This document shows positions 1 to 8,632 of a stretch of 32,000 bases of DNA, one piece after another. The position numbers were made by a program, and so were the translations under genes. Location: the NCBI GenBank assembly GCA_021294815.2, contig CP095464.1, positions 120,001-152,000 on the forward strand, given 5' to 3'. Origin of the DNA: Verrucomicrobiota bacterium. Lineage in GTDB: Bacteria > Verrucomicrobiota > Verrucomicrobiia > Opitutales > LL51. Each line of letters starts with the position of its first letter. Within the stretch, counting starts at the first letter, position 1. The notes beneath the pieces are model-generated. The model was not told the origin of the DNA and ran no database searches. It saw nothing but the letters and a program-made list of their open reading frames with translations.

Positions 1-2
1 GA

Positions 3-656
3 AGTTGTGTCGGCGGATATCATGGGAACGATCAACCTCAAAAGATAATCGACATTCTTAAGAATGGTAGAGGCACCTCCGGACATATCGTCGCGGGATA
101 CGGCAATCACGAATTCTACTCTAAAGAATTTTCAGGGAAAATCGATAATCTCCAAAAATTTGGAAAGGCTTTAACGGCTGCTGGAGTAGAACCGACGAAT
201 TTATGTCCCGGGGATAAAGGAGCAGCACCATACGTTAAGATCGGAAACTGCTACTTTTTTTCCTATTCTACTGAGGAATACAGTCAATCTATGACGAACG
301 AAGACAAACAACAATACGAGCGGTGGAGTATTAAGAAGATAGCTGATGAAATCAAACGAGTTTGTGACTCTAAAACGGAAGAGATTTTTCTATTAAATCA
401 CGCGAAGCTTAGCGAGTCCGAGAAAATTACAACTGGAGTTATTCAAAGACTTCAATCGTTTTCAAAGGGATTAAAGTTCGATTTAAATAAAGTTTATATC
501 ACGGCTAGCGCTGCGCACGATCACTACTACAGTGGCCCCCACGCAAAGTGGTTGAATATCAATGGCAAGAGAGTATTGCAAGTATTCCCAAAACCGGGCG
601 TATACTATGGTCAGTTAAAGGCTAGTGGCAAACGAAGCTTTAAAAAGTTGCGTTAA
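3..656 (+). CDS. C-terminal part of a metallophosphoesterase-like protein (5' end outside window)
   Basis: Manual translation shows frame 3 is open from nt 3 to the TAA at 654-656 (SCVGGYHGNDQPQKIIDILKNGRGTSGHIVAGYGNHEFYS...). The 121-aa track ORF (291..656) is therefore only the tail of a left-truncated ORF. It carries GNHE (phosphoesterase motif III) and AAHDHY (GHxH-like motif V). It aligns by eye with the 1764..2753 product (IDILK, AGxGNHE, YFxSYxTxEY, LxHA). Confidence 0.6.
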   Translation, partial: SCVGGYHGNDQPQKIIDILKNGRGTSGHIVAGYGNHEFYSKEFSGKIDNLQKFGKALTAAGVEPTNLCPGDKGAAPYVKIGNCYFFSYSTEEYSQSMTNEDKQQYERWSIKKIADEIKRVCDSKTEEIFLLNHAKLSESEKITTGVIQRLQSFSKGLKFDLNKVYITASAAHDHYYSGPHAKWLNINGKRVLQVFPKPGVYYGQLKASGKRSFKKLR

Positions 657-680
657 CTTGAGCACTCAGACACACTAACA

Positions 681-704
681 GGGGGAGCATCTACTCTCCC
701 CTTT
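681..704 (+). terminator. Putative rho-independent terminator after the truncated ORF
   Basis: GGGGAG (682-687) pairs with CTCCCC (696-701) around an 8-nt loop and is followed by TTT. It sits in the 82-nt gap between two convergent genes. The stem is short and the U-tract is short. Confidence 0.35.
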
Positions 705-738
705 CCGGTTTAATACTTATTAGCGCTAAAACCTTCTT

Positions 739-1602
739 CTACAGCCTCGTTAGATCTTTTTCACCTCTAAGTTGCAAAGTTCGAAATTTATAAAATTTTA
801 CAAGTTCGTTATATTGATCCCAATTGGCGGTATTTTGTTCTAAAAAAATGTCTTCAATGCCTTGATTGAGCGCGATTAGTTGACGATTTCGTTGGAGATT
901 TTCTCGTTCATTTGGTAGTAAATTTTGAAAACGTGTCGGTTTGATTTGGGCGATATTTTTATATATGCCCTCAATGGTATGGAAATTTTGCAGCCAATTA
1001 CTAGCAGTTTTCGGCCCAACACCCTGAACTCCAGGAATATTATCTGCCTGATCGCCGATTAGCGATAGATAATCCACAATTTGTCCGGGATACACGCCAA
1101 ATTTTTCGTATACACCTTGCCGATCTAGGAGATGTCCCAACTGGGCCGAACGTGATTCGGGAATTAACAAATATACTTTTTCTGAGACACATTGTGCAAA
1201 ATCCTTATCGGCGCTAAAAATGATTGTTTGATCGAAGTCATTTTGATACTTCCGGGAAAATGAGGCGACTAAGTCGTCTGCCTCGACATGAGATCGTTCG
1301 ATAATTGTCACTCCAAGTGCCTCGGCAAATGCCTTAACAACTGGAATTTGCACCTTCACAGGATCGGGAACTTCGAGTCGGTTAGCTTTATACGCCGGCA
1401 ATAGGGCTTGGCGCTTTGGATCACGACCTTTATCGAGAAAAAAGACCAAGCAAGCCGGCTGTTTCGTCTTAATAATTTTCCACAAAATTTTCACCGAGCC
1501 GAGGATTGCGTTCGTTGGAAACCCGTTGTTACTCAGCATCGGGATCCCGTAAAAACAGCGAAAAATGAGATTCATGCCGTCGATCAAAAAGCATTTCGAC
1601 AT
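739..1602 (-). CDS. Stand-alone 5'-3' exonuclease (Pol I N-terminal / FEN-like domain)
   Basis: The 287-aa product matches 5'-nuclease family landmarks. These are LIDGMNLIFRCFY at the N-terminus, PAYKANR, EADDLVAS, SADKDFAQ, and the H3TH region LIGDQADNIPGVQGVGPKTA. No polymerase domain follows it. Confidence 0.85.
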   Translation of the reverse strand: MSKCFLIDGMNLIFRCFYGIPMLSNNGFPTNAILGSVKILWKIIKTKQPACLVFFLDKGRDPKRQALLPAYKANRLEVPDPVKVQIPVVKAFAEALGVTIIERSHVEADDLVASFSRKYQNDFDQTIIFSADKDFAQCVSEKVYLLIPESRSAQLGHLLDRQGVYEKFGVYPGQIVDYLSLIGDQADNIPGVQGVGPKTASNWLQNFHTIEGIYKNIAQIKPTRFQNLLPNERENLQRNRQLIALNQGIEDIFLEQNTANWDQYNELVKFYKFRTLQLRGEKDLTRL

Positions 1603-1707
1603 GCTACGACAACTAGCAACTATCTAAAAAACTCAATCGGGAATCTACTCCATTTTACGCAAAGCCAGGGTCATTTGAAATCATTTTTCGTAATATTTTA
1701 CAATAAA

Positions 1708-1735
1708 TTGACTTTTAGTACACACTTATTAGAAT
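1708..1735 (+). promoter_or_regulatory. Candidate sigma70-type promoter for the 1764..2753 gene
   Basis: TTGACT (1708-1713), a 16-nt spacer, then TAGAAT (1730-1735), about 28 nt upstream of the ATG at 1764. Pattern match only. Confidence 0.35.
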
Positions 1736-1763
1736 CAATACGTCCCTTCCTGGGTGAGAAATC

Positions 1764-2753
1764 ATGAAAAATATCTTTAAAATTTTTGCCGTAGTGTGCA
1801 GCATTTTTGGCCGTGTCATACCGTCTTTCGGCGGAACGCATGGCACACGTGACTTTCCGATTTATGCCATGACGGATATTCATATGAATTCCGAACCTCT
1901 CAAAGGCATCACAAAACTCACAGACGGTATCGTTATTGCCAATGGTGATACTGTTACAGGTGTCACTTTTGACAAAAAACAACGTAAACTCGGAAGCAAA
2001 CATACTCATAGTATACGAAAAACTGCCCAAGGGACATGGACTGACCCCAAAGCAGCAATCGATATTCTCAAAACAAGGACATCTCCCTATCCTCTCATTG
2101 CGGGATTGGGAAATCATGAGCTCAATCCCTACGCTTATAATGGTAGCTCTATTAAAGACTTGAAGAAATGGATCCAAGCTCTCATAGGAATTGGCATTGT
2201 CCCATTATGTACATTTCCTAATTATGAGTCCTTGGGTGCAGAACGCTGCTACCGCTATGGCAACAGTTACTTTCTATCATACATCACAAGCGAGTATGGC
2301 ACCAAAGAAATCAATGCCAAAGATCGGAATGACTATGAAAGTGCAGCCATTGTAAGCATCTCGTGGCAAATTCAAAAAGCGTACAATGCAAACTCTCATA
2401 TGAAAGAAGTTCATTTAATGCTCCATGCGGGATTTGACGAAGGGAAAAGAATTGCCGAAGGAATCATCCGTACACTTGAAAATCATAAATTCGATACCAA
2501 GAAGGTTACTTTCTTCTGTTACTTGGGGCATGCACATGGCGGCTCTATTCCCCTACCATATCCCATTAATGGAACATCCTGGAAAGCCAAAGGAGAATAC
2601 CAGAAAAACAATGGAAGGATAGTACTAATCGTTGAGGCACAAAAAAACACAAACATCCTGTTTATTTTCCCGAACTGTGCAGATGACTGCATTAAAATCG
2701 ATAGTAATGGTACCCCGAGTATAAAAGCGCGGTTCATAACGAGAAGTCTTTAG
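1764..2753 (+). CDS. Secreted calcineurin-like metallophosphoesterase
   Basis: The 329-aa product has a hydrophobic N-terminus (MKNIFKIFAVVCSIFG). Ordered phosphoesterase motifs are present: MTDIH (DxH), ANGDTV (GD), GLGNHE (GNHE), LMLHAG (H) and LGHAHGG (GHxH). Confidence 0.75.
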   Translation: MKNIFKIFAVVCSIFGRVIPSFGGTHGTRDFPIYAMTDIHMNSEPLKGITKLTDGIVIANGDTVTGVTFDKKQRKLGSKHTHSIRKTAQGTWTDPKAAIDILKTRTSPYPLIAGLGNHELNPYAYNGSSIKDLKKWIQALIGIGIVPLCTFPNYESLGAERCYRYGNSYFLSYITSEYGTKEINAKDRNDYESAAIVSISWQIQKAYNANSHMKEVHLMLHAGFDEGKRIAEGIIRTLENHKFDTKKVTFFCYLGHAHGGSIPLPYPINGTSWKAKGEYQKNNGRIVLIVEAQKNTNILFIFPNCADDCIKIDSNGTPSIKARFITRSL

Positions 2754-2859
2754 CAGATCTCACTCCCAGAACTACAATAAAGCAACAGAAGAGACTGCCT
2801 ACCTATTCCTTCGCTTTGCTACGCTCCAAATTCCAACCTTTGGCCACAATAACCTCTAG

Positions 2860-2949
<90 letters not shown>

Positions 2950-3091
2950 TTGCTTGCAAGCAAAAATTTTTGTCGTTATTGTCTATAAAAATTTGACGGC
3001 ATAAAACATTTTTCAACTCCTTACAACAAACTTGACTTCTTCAATATGCTACTTTTCTCTTTGTGGATTTCAGAAAAAAGGGGTTTAACTT

Positions 3092-3601
3092 ATGGATAAA
3101 AATGTTCTAGTTTTGTCGGCGCATCCCGATATTGCCGAAAAGTCGAAAGCGTGTGCGGCTTTGTTGAGCGCTGTGAAGGATCTGCCAAAAGTGCGCGTTA
3201 TGGATCTTTCGGAAATTCCTGCCACGGTAGAAAATTACTACGAGCGCGTTAAGGCCGCATCGGTAATCGTTCTTCAATTTCCTTTCTGGTGGGGAAGCGC
3301 ACCGGCTATCCTTAAAACGTGGATCGATACGCTGATGCTCGGTTTTTTAGAAGATCCCGGCATGAAGGGCAAGCGTTTACTCGTTGCAACAAGCGTGGGC
3401 TCGGGGCCAGAGGTCTATCGCTCGGGCGGCGCAGAACAGTTTACTGTAGATGAGATTTTACGTCCTTTCCAGGTAATGGCAATTTACTCGGGGATGACGT
3501 ACCTGACACCTTTCGTTCTCTACGGAACGATGCTTCCCGATGCGGACCAGCGCATTCAGCGAGGCGCCAAGGAATATCGCGCGTTGATCGAGCAACTCTA
3601 G
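3092..3601 (+). CDS. Flavodoxin-like fold NAD(P)H oxidoreductase (KefG/KefF/YwrO-like)
   Basis: The 169-aa product resembles the E. coli KefG layout in three places: VLVLSAHPD, VIVLQFPFWWGSAPAILKTWIDTLM and DEILRPFQ. An AGGGG Shine-Dalgarno lies upstream of the ATG. Confidence 0.7.
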   Translation: MDKNVLVLSAHPDIAEKSKACAALLSAVKDLPKVRVMDLSEIPATVENYYERVKAASVIVLQFPFWWGSAPAILKTWIDTLMLGFLEDPGMKGKRLLVATSVGSGPEVYRSGGAEQFTVDEILRPFQVMAIYSGMTYLTPFVLYGTMLPDADQRIQRGAKEYRALIEQL

Positions 3602-3691
3602 CCTGGAAGGTTTATTGTTCCTTCGTGCTTTCCATTGTAATCGTGGATTGCCTCCTATGGTGTTTGTGTTATAAGAAACCCAAGGATAGTT

Positions 3692-4312
3692 ATGGCTTTC
3701 CACGTTGTCCGTCATCCGATTGCTGAATCCATTTTAACGCAACTGAGAAATCGTGATACGTGTGCTCACGAGTATCGCTTGTCATGCCGACAGATTGCGT
3801 CTATTCTACTCATTGAGGCGTTGCGACCACTTGAATTGGAAGCTGTGCCCGTTAATACCCCTCTCGCTCCTTGCGAAGGTAATACCATAGCTGACTTGGT
3901 GACTTTTGTCGTTATTTCGCGCGCTGGAACGGCAATGTTAGGACCTGCATTGGAATTATCGCCAGAAGCGACCATTGGAACGATTGGCATCGAGCGCGAT
4001 CCAATGACCACGAAAGCGCATTGCTACTACCAAAAATTACCAGAGATCAAAGGGCGCTATGTCGTCGTACTGGATCCCATGCTCGCAACGGGTCATTCTG
4101 CAGCCTTGGCGTTTTCACTGATTGCGCCGCAACAGCCAAAAATATTATCGCTCGTTTCGGTTCTCGCTGCTCCAGAAGGCGTCGAACATTTAATGAAAAA
4201 TTTTCCGTCCTCGCAGCTTTACGCCGCCGCACTCGACCAAGGGCTTAACGAACAGAACTTTATCGTCCCCGGCCTCGGCGATTTTGGCGATCGCTTCTAC
4301 GGGACGCTCTAA
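3692..4312 (+). CDS. upp: Uracil phosphoribosyltransferase
   Basis: The 206-aa product carries the PRPP loop VVVLDPMLATGHS and the C-terminal uracil-binding signature IVPGLGDFGDRFYGT. An AAGGA Shine-Dalgarno lies 8 nt upstream. Confidence 0.9.
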   Translation: MAFHVVRHPIAESILTQLRNRDTCAHEYRLSCRQIASILLIEALRPLELEAVPVNTPLAPCEGNTIADLVTFVVISRAGTAMLGPALELSPEATIGTIGIERDPMTTKAHCYYQKLPEIKGRYVVVLDPMLATGHSAALAFSLIAPQQPKILSLVSVLAAPEGVEHLMKNFPSSQLYAAALDQGLNEQNFIVPGLGDFGDRFYGTL

Positions 4313-4321
4313 TTTCTATCC

Positions 4322-6169
4322 GTGGATCCCGCCAAAAAGTCTTTAGCAGAGCAGCGCATTTTCTTGCTGTGTTTCATCCTTTTGGGGATTTTTCTTTTTC
4401 TTATCGGAGGACTTTTTTACCGCCAGGTCACGCAGCACAGCTACTTCCTTCAGAAAGGAAAGTACCAGACCCAGCGCCGTGTTTTTTTACCGGCACCACG
4501 TGGCGATATTTTAGACCGCCAGGGGCGCGTTATTGCCTGCGATCAGCCACTGTTTGAGCTTCACCTTTATTTTGATAGTATTCGAAAAGAAATTCGAGAA
4601 CAGTACCTCAATTTTCTCCAAGAACATCGGCAGAAAAAACAACCGATCGATCGCGTTAAATTTCAACAACAGGCCCGTCAATCTGTCGTGCAACGACATC
4701 TCGATCGAGCAAATGCAATCACACACCGCCATGAGACCTTAGATATCACAAAACTTGAGCACCACTACCATCAATCGCTACTTGCCCCCTTCACCCTCCT
4801 TTCCAATCTAACGACGGAGGAATATGTTCGCCTAACAGACCAACTTCCGGTTAATTCACCTCTTTTCATCGCTACAAATTATTGTCGCAAGTATCCCTAT
4901 GGTTCTGCAGCTTGCCACGTATTGGGTTACGTTTCAATGGCCTACGATCTCCCCCAAACCTCCAAAGAGTTGCGCAGTTTTTTCACGGGCCATCGCGCTG
5001 GAAAAACCGGCATTGAATTATCCCAAAACGCGCAACTATCGGGTATCGATGGCGAGGAAATTTTTGCTGTCGATCCCGTCGGATTCCGTAGCGAGTGTGT
5101 CGAACGGATTGCACCAGAAAAAGGGAAAGAATGTCAGTTGAGTATCGATATTCGTCTGCAGCAAGCGGTCGAAAAGGCCATTTCAGGATATCAAGGCTCC
5201 GCCATCGTTTTAGATGTTTCTTCTGGCGAAGTACTGGCTTTGGCCAATACACCAGCTTACGATCCCAACTTGCTTTCACCAAAAATCCCAAAAAACGTTT
5301 TTCAAGAGATTACGCAACGTGGTGCCTGGCTCAATCGCGCAATTCAGGGTTGCTATCCCCCTGCCTCGACGTTTAAAATTATTTCCAGCATTGCCTTTTT
5401 ACGGAACAACATTGCGACTTGGGACGCCAACGATACCGAGAATTGTCCGGGGAAAACAAAGATCGGGACACGGCTCTTTCATTGCGATCATAAAACTGCG
5501 CACGGCCAGGTCTCGCTCGCAGCGGCGATGAAGAAAAGCTGCAACGTCTATTATTATCGGCGCAGTCAGGAGTGCGGAATTCAAAATATCGCCCAGGAAG
5601 CTCGGCGTTTTCGTCTCGATCAGCCAACCGGCATCGAACTCCCCTTCGAAACCCATCGCATGACCATTGCCGATCCCGAGTGGAAGAAGCAAAAAAAGCT
5701 CGGTGAATGGTTCGGCGGCGACACCGCAAATACCGCAATCGGACAGGGATATACTCTTGTAACACCCCTGCAGATGGCCTGCTTTATTGCGAGTATTGCT
5801 GCAAATCGAACTTTTACGCGTCCCCATATTCTGCACGATGCTCACCATACGCAAACGGCGCCAACAATCGGACTCAACCATAAAGATTATCGCCAGCTGA
5901 TTACAACACTCCAGGAAGTCGTCCGCTCTGGCACCGGTCGCCGCGCGCAGTACAAAAATATTGCCATCGCCGGGAAAAGTGGTACTGCTCAAGTCTGGGA
6001 GCACGGAGAACGTCGCAATGTCGCGTGGTTTATTGGGTTTGCGCCTGTCGAAAAACCGACTATTGCCCTCGCCGTGGCAATTCAGGAGACGTCTTCCAAC
6101 GACAACTACTACGGCGGTAAAACCGCAGGGCCGGTTGCACACCAAATTTTCGAAGCATACTTTCACTAA
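4322..6169 (+). CDS. mrdA: Penicillin-binding protein 2 (elongation-type class B transpeptidase)
   Basis: The 615-aa product has an N-terminal TM anchor (IFLLCFILLGIFLFLIGGLF). Transpeptidase motifs are STFK (SxxK), SCN (SxN) and KSGT (KTG-like). A GTG start is inferred because no in-frame ATG lies upstream of the TM segment, so the start is less certain than the call. Confidence 0.85.
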   Translation: MDPAKKSLAEQRIFLLCFILLGIFLFLIGGLFYRQVTQHSYFLQKGKYQTQRRVFLPAPRGDILDRQGRVIACDQPLFELHLYFDSIRKEIREQYLNFLQEHRQKKQPIDRVKFQQQARQSVVQRHLDRANAITHRHETLDITKLEHHYHQSLLAPFTLLSNLTTEEYVRLTDQLPVNSPLFIATNYCRKYPYGSAACHVLGYVSMAYDLPQTSKELRSFFTGHRAGKTGIELSQNAQLSGIDGEEIFAVDPVGFRSECVERIAPEKGKECQLSIDIRLQQAVEKAISGYQGSAIVLDVSSGEVLALANTPAYDPNLLSPKIPKNVFQEITQRGAWLNRAIQGCYPPASTFKIISSIAFLRNNIATWDANDTENCPGKTKIGTRLFHCDHKTAHGQVSLAAAMKKSCNVYYYRRSQECGIQNIAQEARRFRLDQPTGIELPFETHRMTIADPEWKKQKKLGEWFGGDTANTAIGQGYTLVTPLQMACFIASIAANRTFTRPHILHDAHHTQTAPTIGLNHKDYRQLITTLQEVVRSGTGRRAQYKNIAIAGKSGTAQVWEHGERRNVAWFIGFAPVEKPTIALAVAIQETSSNDNYYGGKTAGPVAHQIFEAYFH

Positions 6170-6175
6170 ACAGTT

Positions 6176-6514
6176 ATGGATAAACTCGATACTATTTTCT
6201 CGCTTCAAGCTGAACTCAATCGCCGCATCGGTGTTAAGCCAAGTGGACTAAGCCGTGAAGAACAAATTCAGTGGGTATTGAATTATACACGCGCACTCCA
6301 ACAAGAAGCATCTGAACTCATCGACTGTGTTCCCTGGAAGTGGTGGAAAAAACACCAGCAATTCGACTACGATAATGCGCGCATGGAAATTATCGATCTC
6401 TTCCATTTTGTCATCTCTTTAGCACAAGTTCTCGACCTCTCAGCGGAGGATTTCTATCGCATTTATCTCGAAAAAAATAAGATTAATCACGAACGACAGG
6501 ATCAGGGATACTAA
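6176..6514 (+). CDS. Dimeric-dUTPase-family / all-alpha NTP pyrophosphohydrolase-like protein
   Basis: The 112-aa product follows the pattern I associate with the dUTPase_2 family: LQAELNRRI, ALQQEASELID, WKWWKK, EIIDLFHF, YLEKNKINHERQ..GY. It starts 7 nt after the PBP2 stop. It is short for the family, so the function is tentative. Confidence 0.55.
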   Translation: MDKLDTIFSLQAELNRRIGVKPSGLSREEQIQWVLNYTRALQQEASELIDCVPWKWWKKHQQFDYDNARMEIIDLFHFVISLAQVLDLSAEDFYRIYLEKNKINHERQDQGY

Positions 6515-6587
6515 GATAGCGCCTCAATTTTTAGTATTTTATTGACAATAAGCGTTGATTTTTTGGGATGCGGGCTGGTTTAGCTTT

Positions 6588-8069
6588 ATGGATCATCGAA
6601 TCTCAAATAATACGACGAAAACGCTCGCATTGTTATTTCTAACAACGTGGTCAGCGGGTGGTTTGTTTGCAAGTGTCAAGAAAGGCAACAGCGCTTCTAC
6701 CCCCAAGGTATCTGTTGCTGCGAAAACAAAATCTCCTAAAACGCCACGAAGTGCCTCTAAAAAAACAACACCGCGTAAAACCGTAGAGTCATCGGATTCT
6801 TGGGAGGAAGAAGCTCCCGTTCGGAAATCGGCACCCAAAACTCCTGGCAAAGATGTAATAGCCCGAGCAGATTTGGATGATGATGGCGATCGGCATAGCC
6901 CAGTTCCCGCTCAGCACTCCGACCAAGAGCATGATTCGTCTATAGCCTTTCATGTTGATGACGGCGAAGGGAATGTCTCGATTCAAGGGCAGCCAAATTC
7001 CAAGATTTGTGCCTTTGAGATTCGGGGAACGGGTACTATTCATCAAGGTGAAGGCGGAATATCGATTATTGGTGGAGAACCTACCGACTTCCGTGAAGAA
7101 GCTGTTTCATCAGGCGCACTTGCCCCCAATATTCTTGTCCGCGATATAACGATAGATGCCAACACACCACAAACAGGAGCAAGTAATGGTAATAGTCGTC
7201 GCAGTCCTTCGGTTTCACAAAAGTATCCCCATGAGCACGATTCGCTTATGATCTGCCGTATGGAAGATAAGTTTATCGACCTAACGCCACGGGAATGCCG
7301 CATTTCGTCACAATTCGATGCCCGGTTGTACGCGTTTGAGATTCAAGGCGAAGGGAAAACTCTGCAGAATGAACAATCCCTAAGAAGTCAACTGCTTGCC
7401 CTTTCACGATTACTTATTGAGCAACCCTTGGAATTGGAAGCGCTATCCGAAATAACCGAAAATGAACGGACCGAAGTTCGTACACGTTTGAGGGATGAGC
7501 AGAAAGCTCACAGTTATGCCTCCGAGCGCTCGGTTCCGGTATCGTTACGTTCACTTTCATCTTTAGCAGGATGTCCCGTGTTGTACCTCGAGCTTGGAAA
7601 TAAATTTCCGCATCAGGACATGGTTGTGAGGCGAATTTACATTAATGCCGAAAATAATGACGAATTTTCAGAAGAAGTATTTTCTCGCTACACCGGTCGC
7701 GGTAGTGACGCCTATATGTTGAATAAAATCGAAAATGATCCCCGCATTGCGATTATCATTAACAATATCCATAAGAAACGCCTTGTTTTCTCGCTGCCAT
7801 ACCTCCCCGCAAATACCATTTATCAACTCCCTACCTCGAGTAGCTCGGAGCTTCGCAAGAGAATTTCGCGCGAGACTTGGATTCGTTGGGGAAAAAATAC
7901 CGTTGCAGGTACGGTTGCGACTTCGATCATATTAGGAGGATGCCAGTCCACGTACCAACATTACAAAGACCCGATTTCAAGGGGCCTTCAATCGACAGGT
8001 GGGTTCTTCAACCGAACCTGGGAACGTATAAAATCATTCTTCCATAAGAATCCAGAACCTGTGAACTAA
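6588..8069 (+). CDS. Hypothetical membrane/secreted protein with a basic S/T/P/K-rich region and an internal duplicated module
   Basis: The long ORF runs 6555..8069 from a TTG. I prefer the first ATG at 6588 (MDHRISNNTTKTLALLFLTTWSAGGLFASV, signal-peptide-like). A hydrophobic segment near the C-terminus (VAGTVATSIILGG) is also present. I recognise no family. Confidence 0.6.
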   Translation: MDHRISNNTTKTLALLFLTTWSAGGLFASVKKGNSASTPKVSVAAKTKSPKTPRSASKKTTPRKTVESSDSWEEEAPVRKSAPKTPGKDVIARADLDDDGDRHSPVPAQHSDQEHDSSIAFHVDDGEGNVSIQGQPNSKICAFEIRGTGTIHQGEGGISIIGGEPTDFREEAVSSGALAPNILVRDITIDANTPQTGASNGNSRRSPSVSQKYPHEHDSLMICRMEDKFIDLTPRECRISSQFDARLYAFEIQGEGKTLQNEQSLRSQLLALSRLLIEQPLELEALSEITENERTEVRTRLRDEQKAHSYASERSVPVSLRSLSSLAGCPVLYLELGNKFPHQDMVVRRIYINAENNDEFSEEVFSRYTGRGSDAYMLNKIENDPRIAIIINNIHKKRLVFSLPYLPANTIYQLPTSSSSELRKRISRETWIRWGKNTVAGTVATSIILGGCQSTYQHYKDPISRGLQSTGGFFNRTWERIKSFFHKNPEPVN

Positions 8070-8089
8070 GAACTTCCATTAGCTCGTTT

Positions 8090-8629
8090 TCATTCATCGG
8101 CGATCAGTACGAGGCTGTTCGCCTTTATTTTTTTAAAAAGATAGATAATTTCACGATTGAGCATACCAATACAACCATGCGTACAAGGCGTTCCAATTTT
8201 TGTCTCGTTAGGAATACCGTGGATATAAATATAACGCGCATAGGTATCGACATTACCTCCTTGATTTTTGCCAGATTCGAGTCCTTGTAGGCGTAGAATT
8301 CGTGTAGTTACATAGCCTTTTGTTTGCCAGTCAGGAAAATCTTTGGCGCATTTTCCCGTCTCTTGGCGACCGATAAAAACCGTATTGAGCGGTGCATTGT
8401 CGCCGATTTTGTCCGCAATCGCATGTAACCCCAGTGGCGTACCGAAAGAATTTTTTAGGGAATTGATCCCATATACCGAAGTGGAAATCACAAAAATATC
8501 CTCCAGATTTTTTCCGAGATAGGCATACATCAGGCTTTGCGCAATCGATACATAAAGCCACTGCGGTGTCATGGTCATGCCTAAGTCTCGACAAACCAAT
8601 TGAATCCGCTCATGATGCTCGAAGGACAT
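8090..8629 (-). CDS. YkuD-type L,D-transpeptidase catalytic-domain protein
   Basis: The 179-aa product carries the catalytic signature IHGIPNETKIGTPCTHGCIGM (H-G...S/T-x-G-C-I-x-M). The start is uncertain: Met1 at 8629, or Met18/20 at 8578/8572. Confidence 0.7.
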   Translation of the reverse strand: MSFEHHERIQLVCRDLGMTMTPQWLYVSIAQSLMYAYLGKNLEDIFVISTSVYGINSLKNSFGTPLGLHAIADKIGDNAPLNTVFIGRQETGKCAKDFPDWQTKGYVTTRILRLQGLESGKNQGGNVDTYARYIYIHGIPNETKIGTPCTHGCIGMLNREIIYLFKKIKANSLVLIADE

Positions 8630-8632
8630 CCC

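Noticed and set aside
1408-2177. ORFs 1408..1767 (+) and 1698..2177 (-) spanning the divergent promoter region
   Set aside because: They overlap the well-supported exonuclease and phosphoesterase frames and the intergenic promoter region. They have no motifs.
2950-2963. Perfect 14-nt palindrome TTGCTTGCAAGCAA abutting the 5' end of tRNA-Ser(CGA)
   Set aside because: It has no loop, so it is unlikely to be a terminator hairpin. It could be a protein-binding site, but a single occurrence gives no support.
5399-6208. 269-aa ORF antisense to PBP2, plus other antisense or alternative-frame ORFs inside mrdA (4983..5291, 5379..5765, 5214..5531)
   Set aside because: They are fully embedded in a well-supported, motif-bearing PBP2 frame. 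Their products are low-complexity or Arg-rich with no recognisable features.
8600-8632. 11-codon N-terminal extension of asd
   Set aside because: The AGGA Shine-Dalgarno and the conserved IGIIGATG fold favour the ATG at 8633. The extension would also overlap the ldt start on the other strand.
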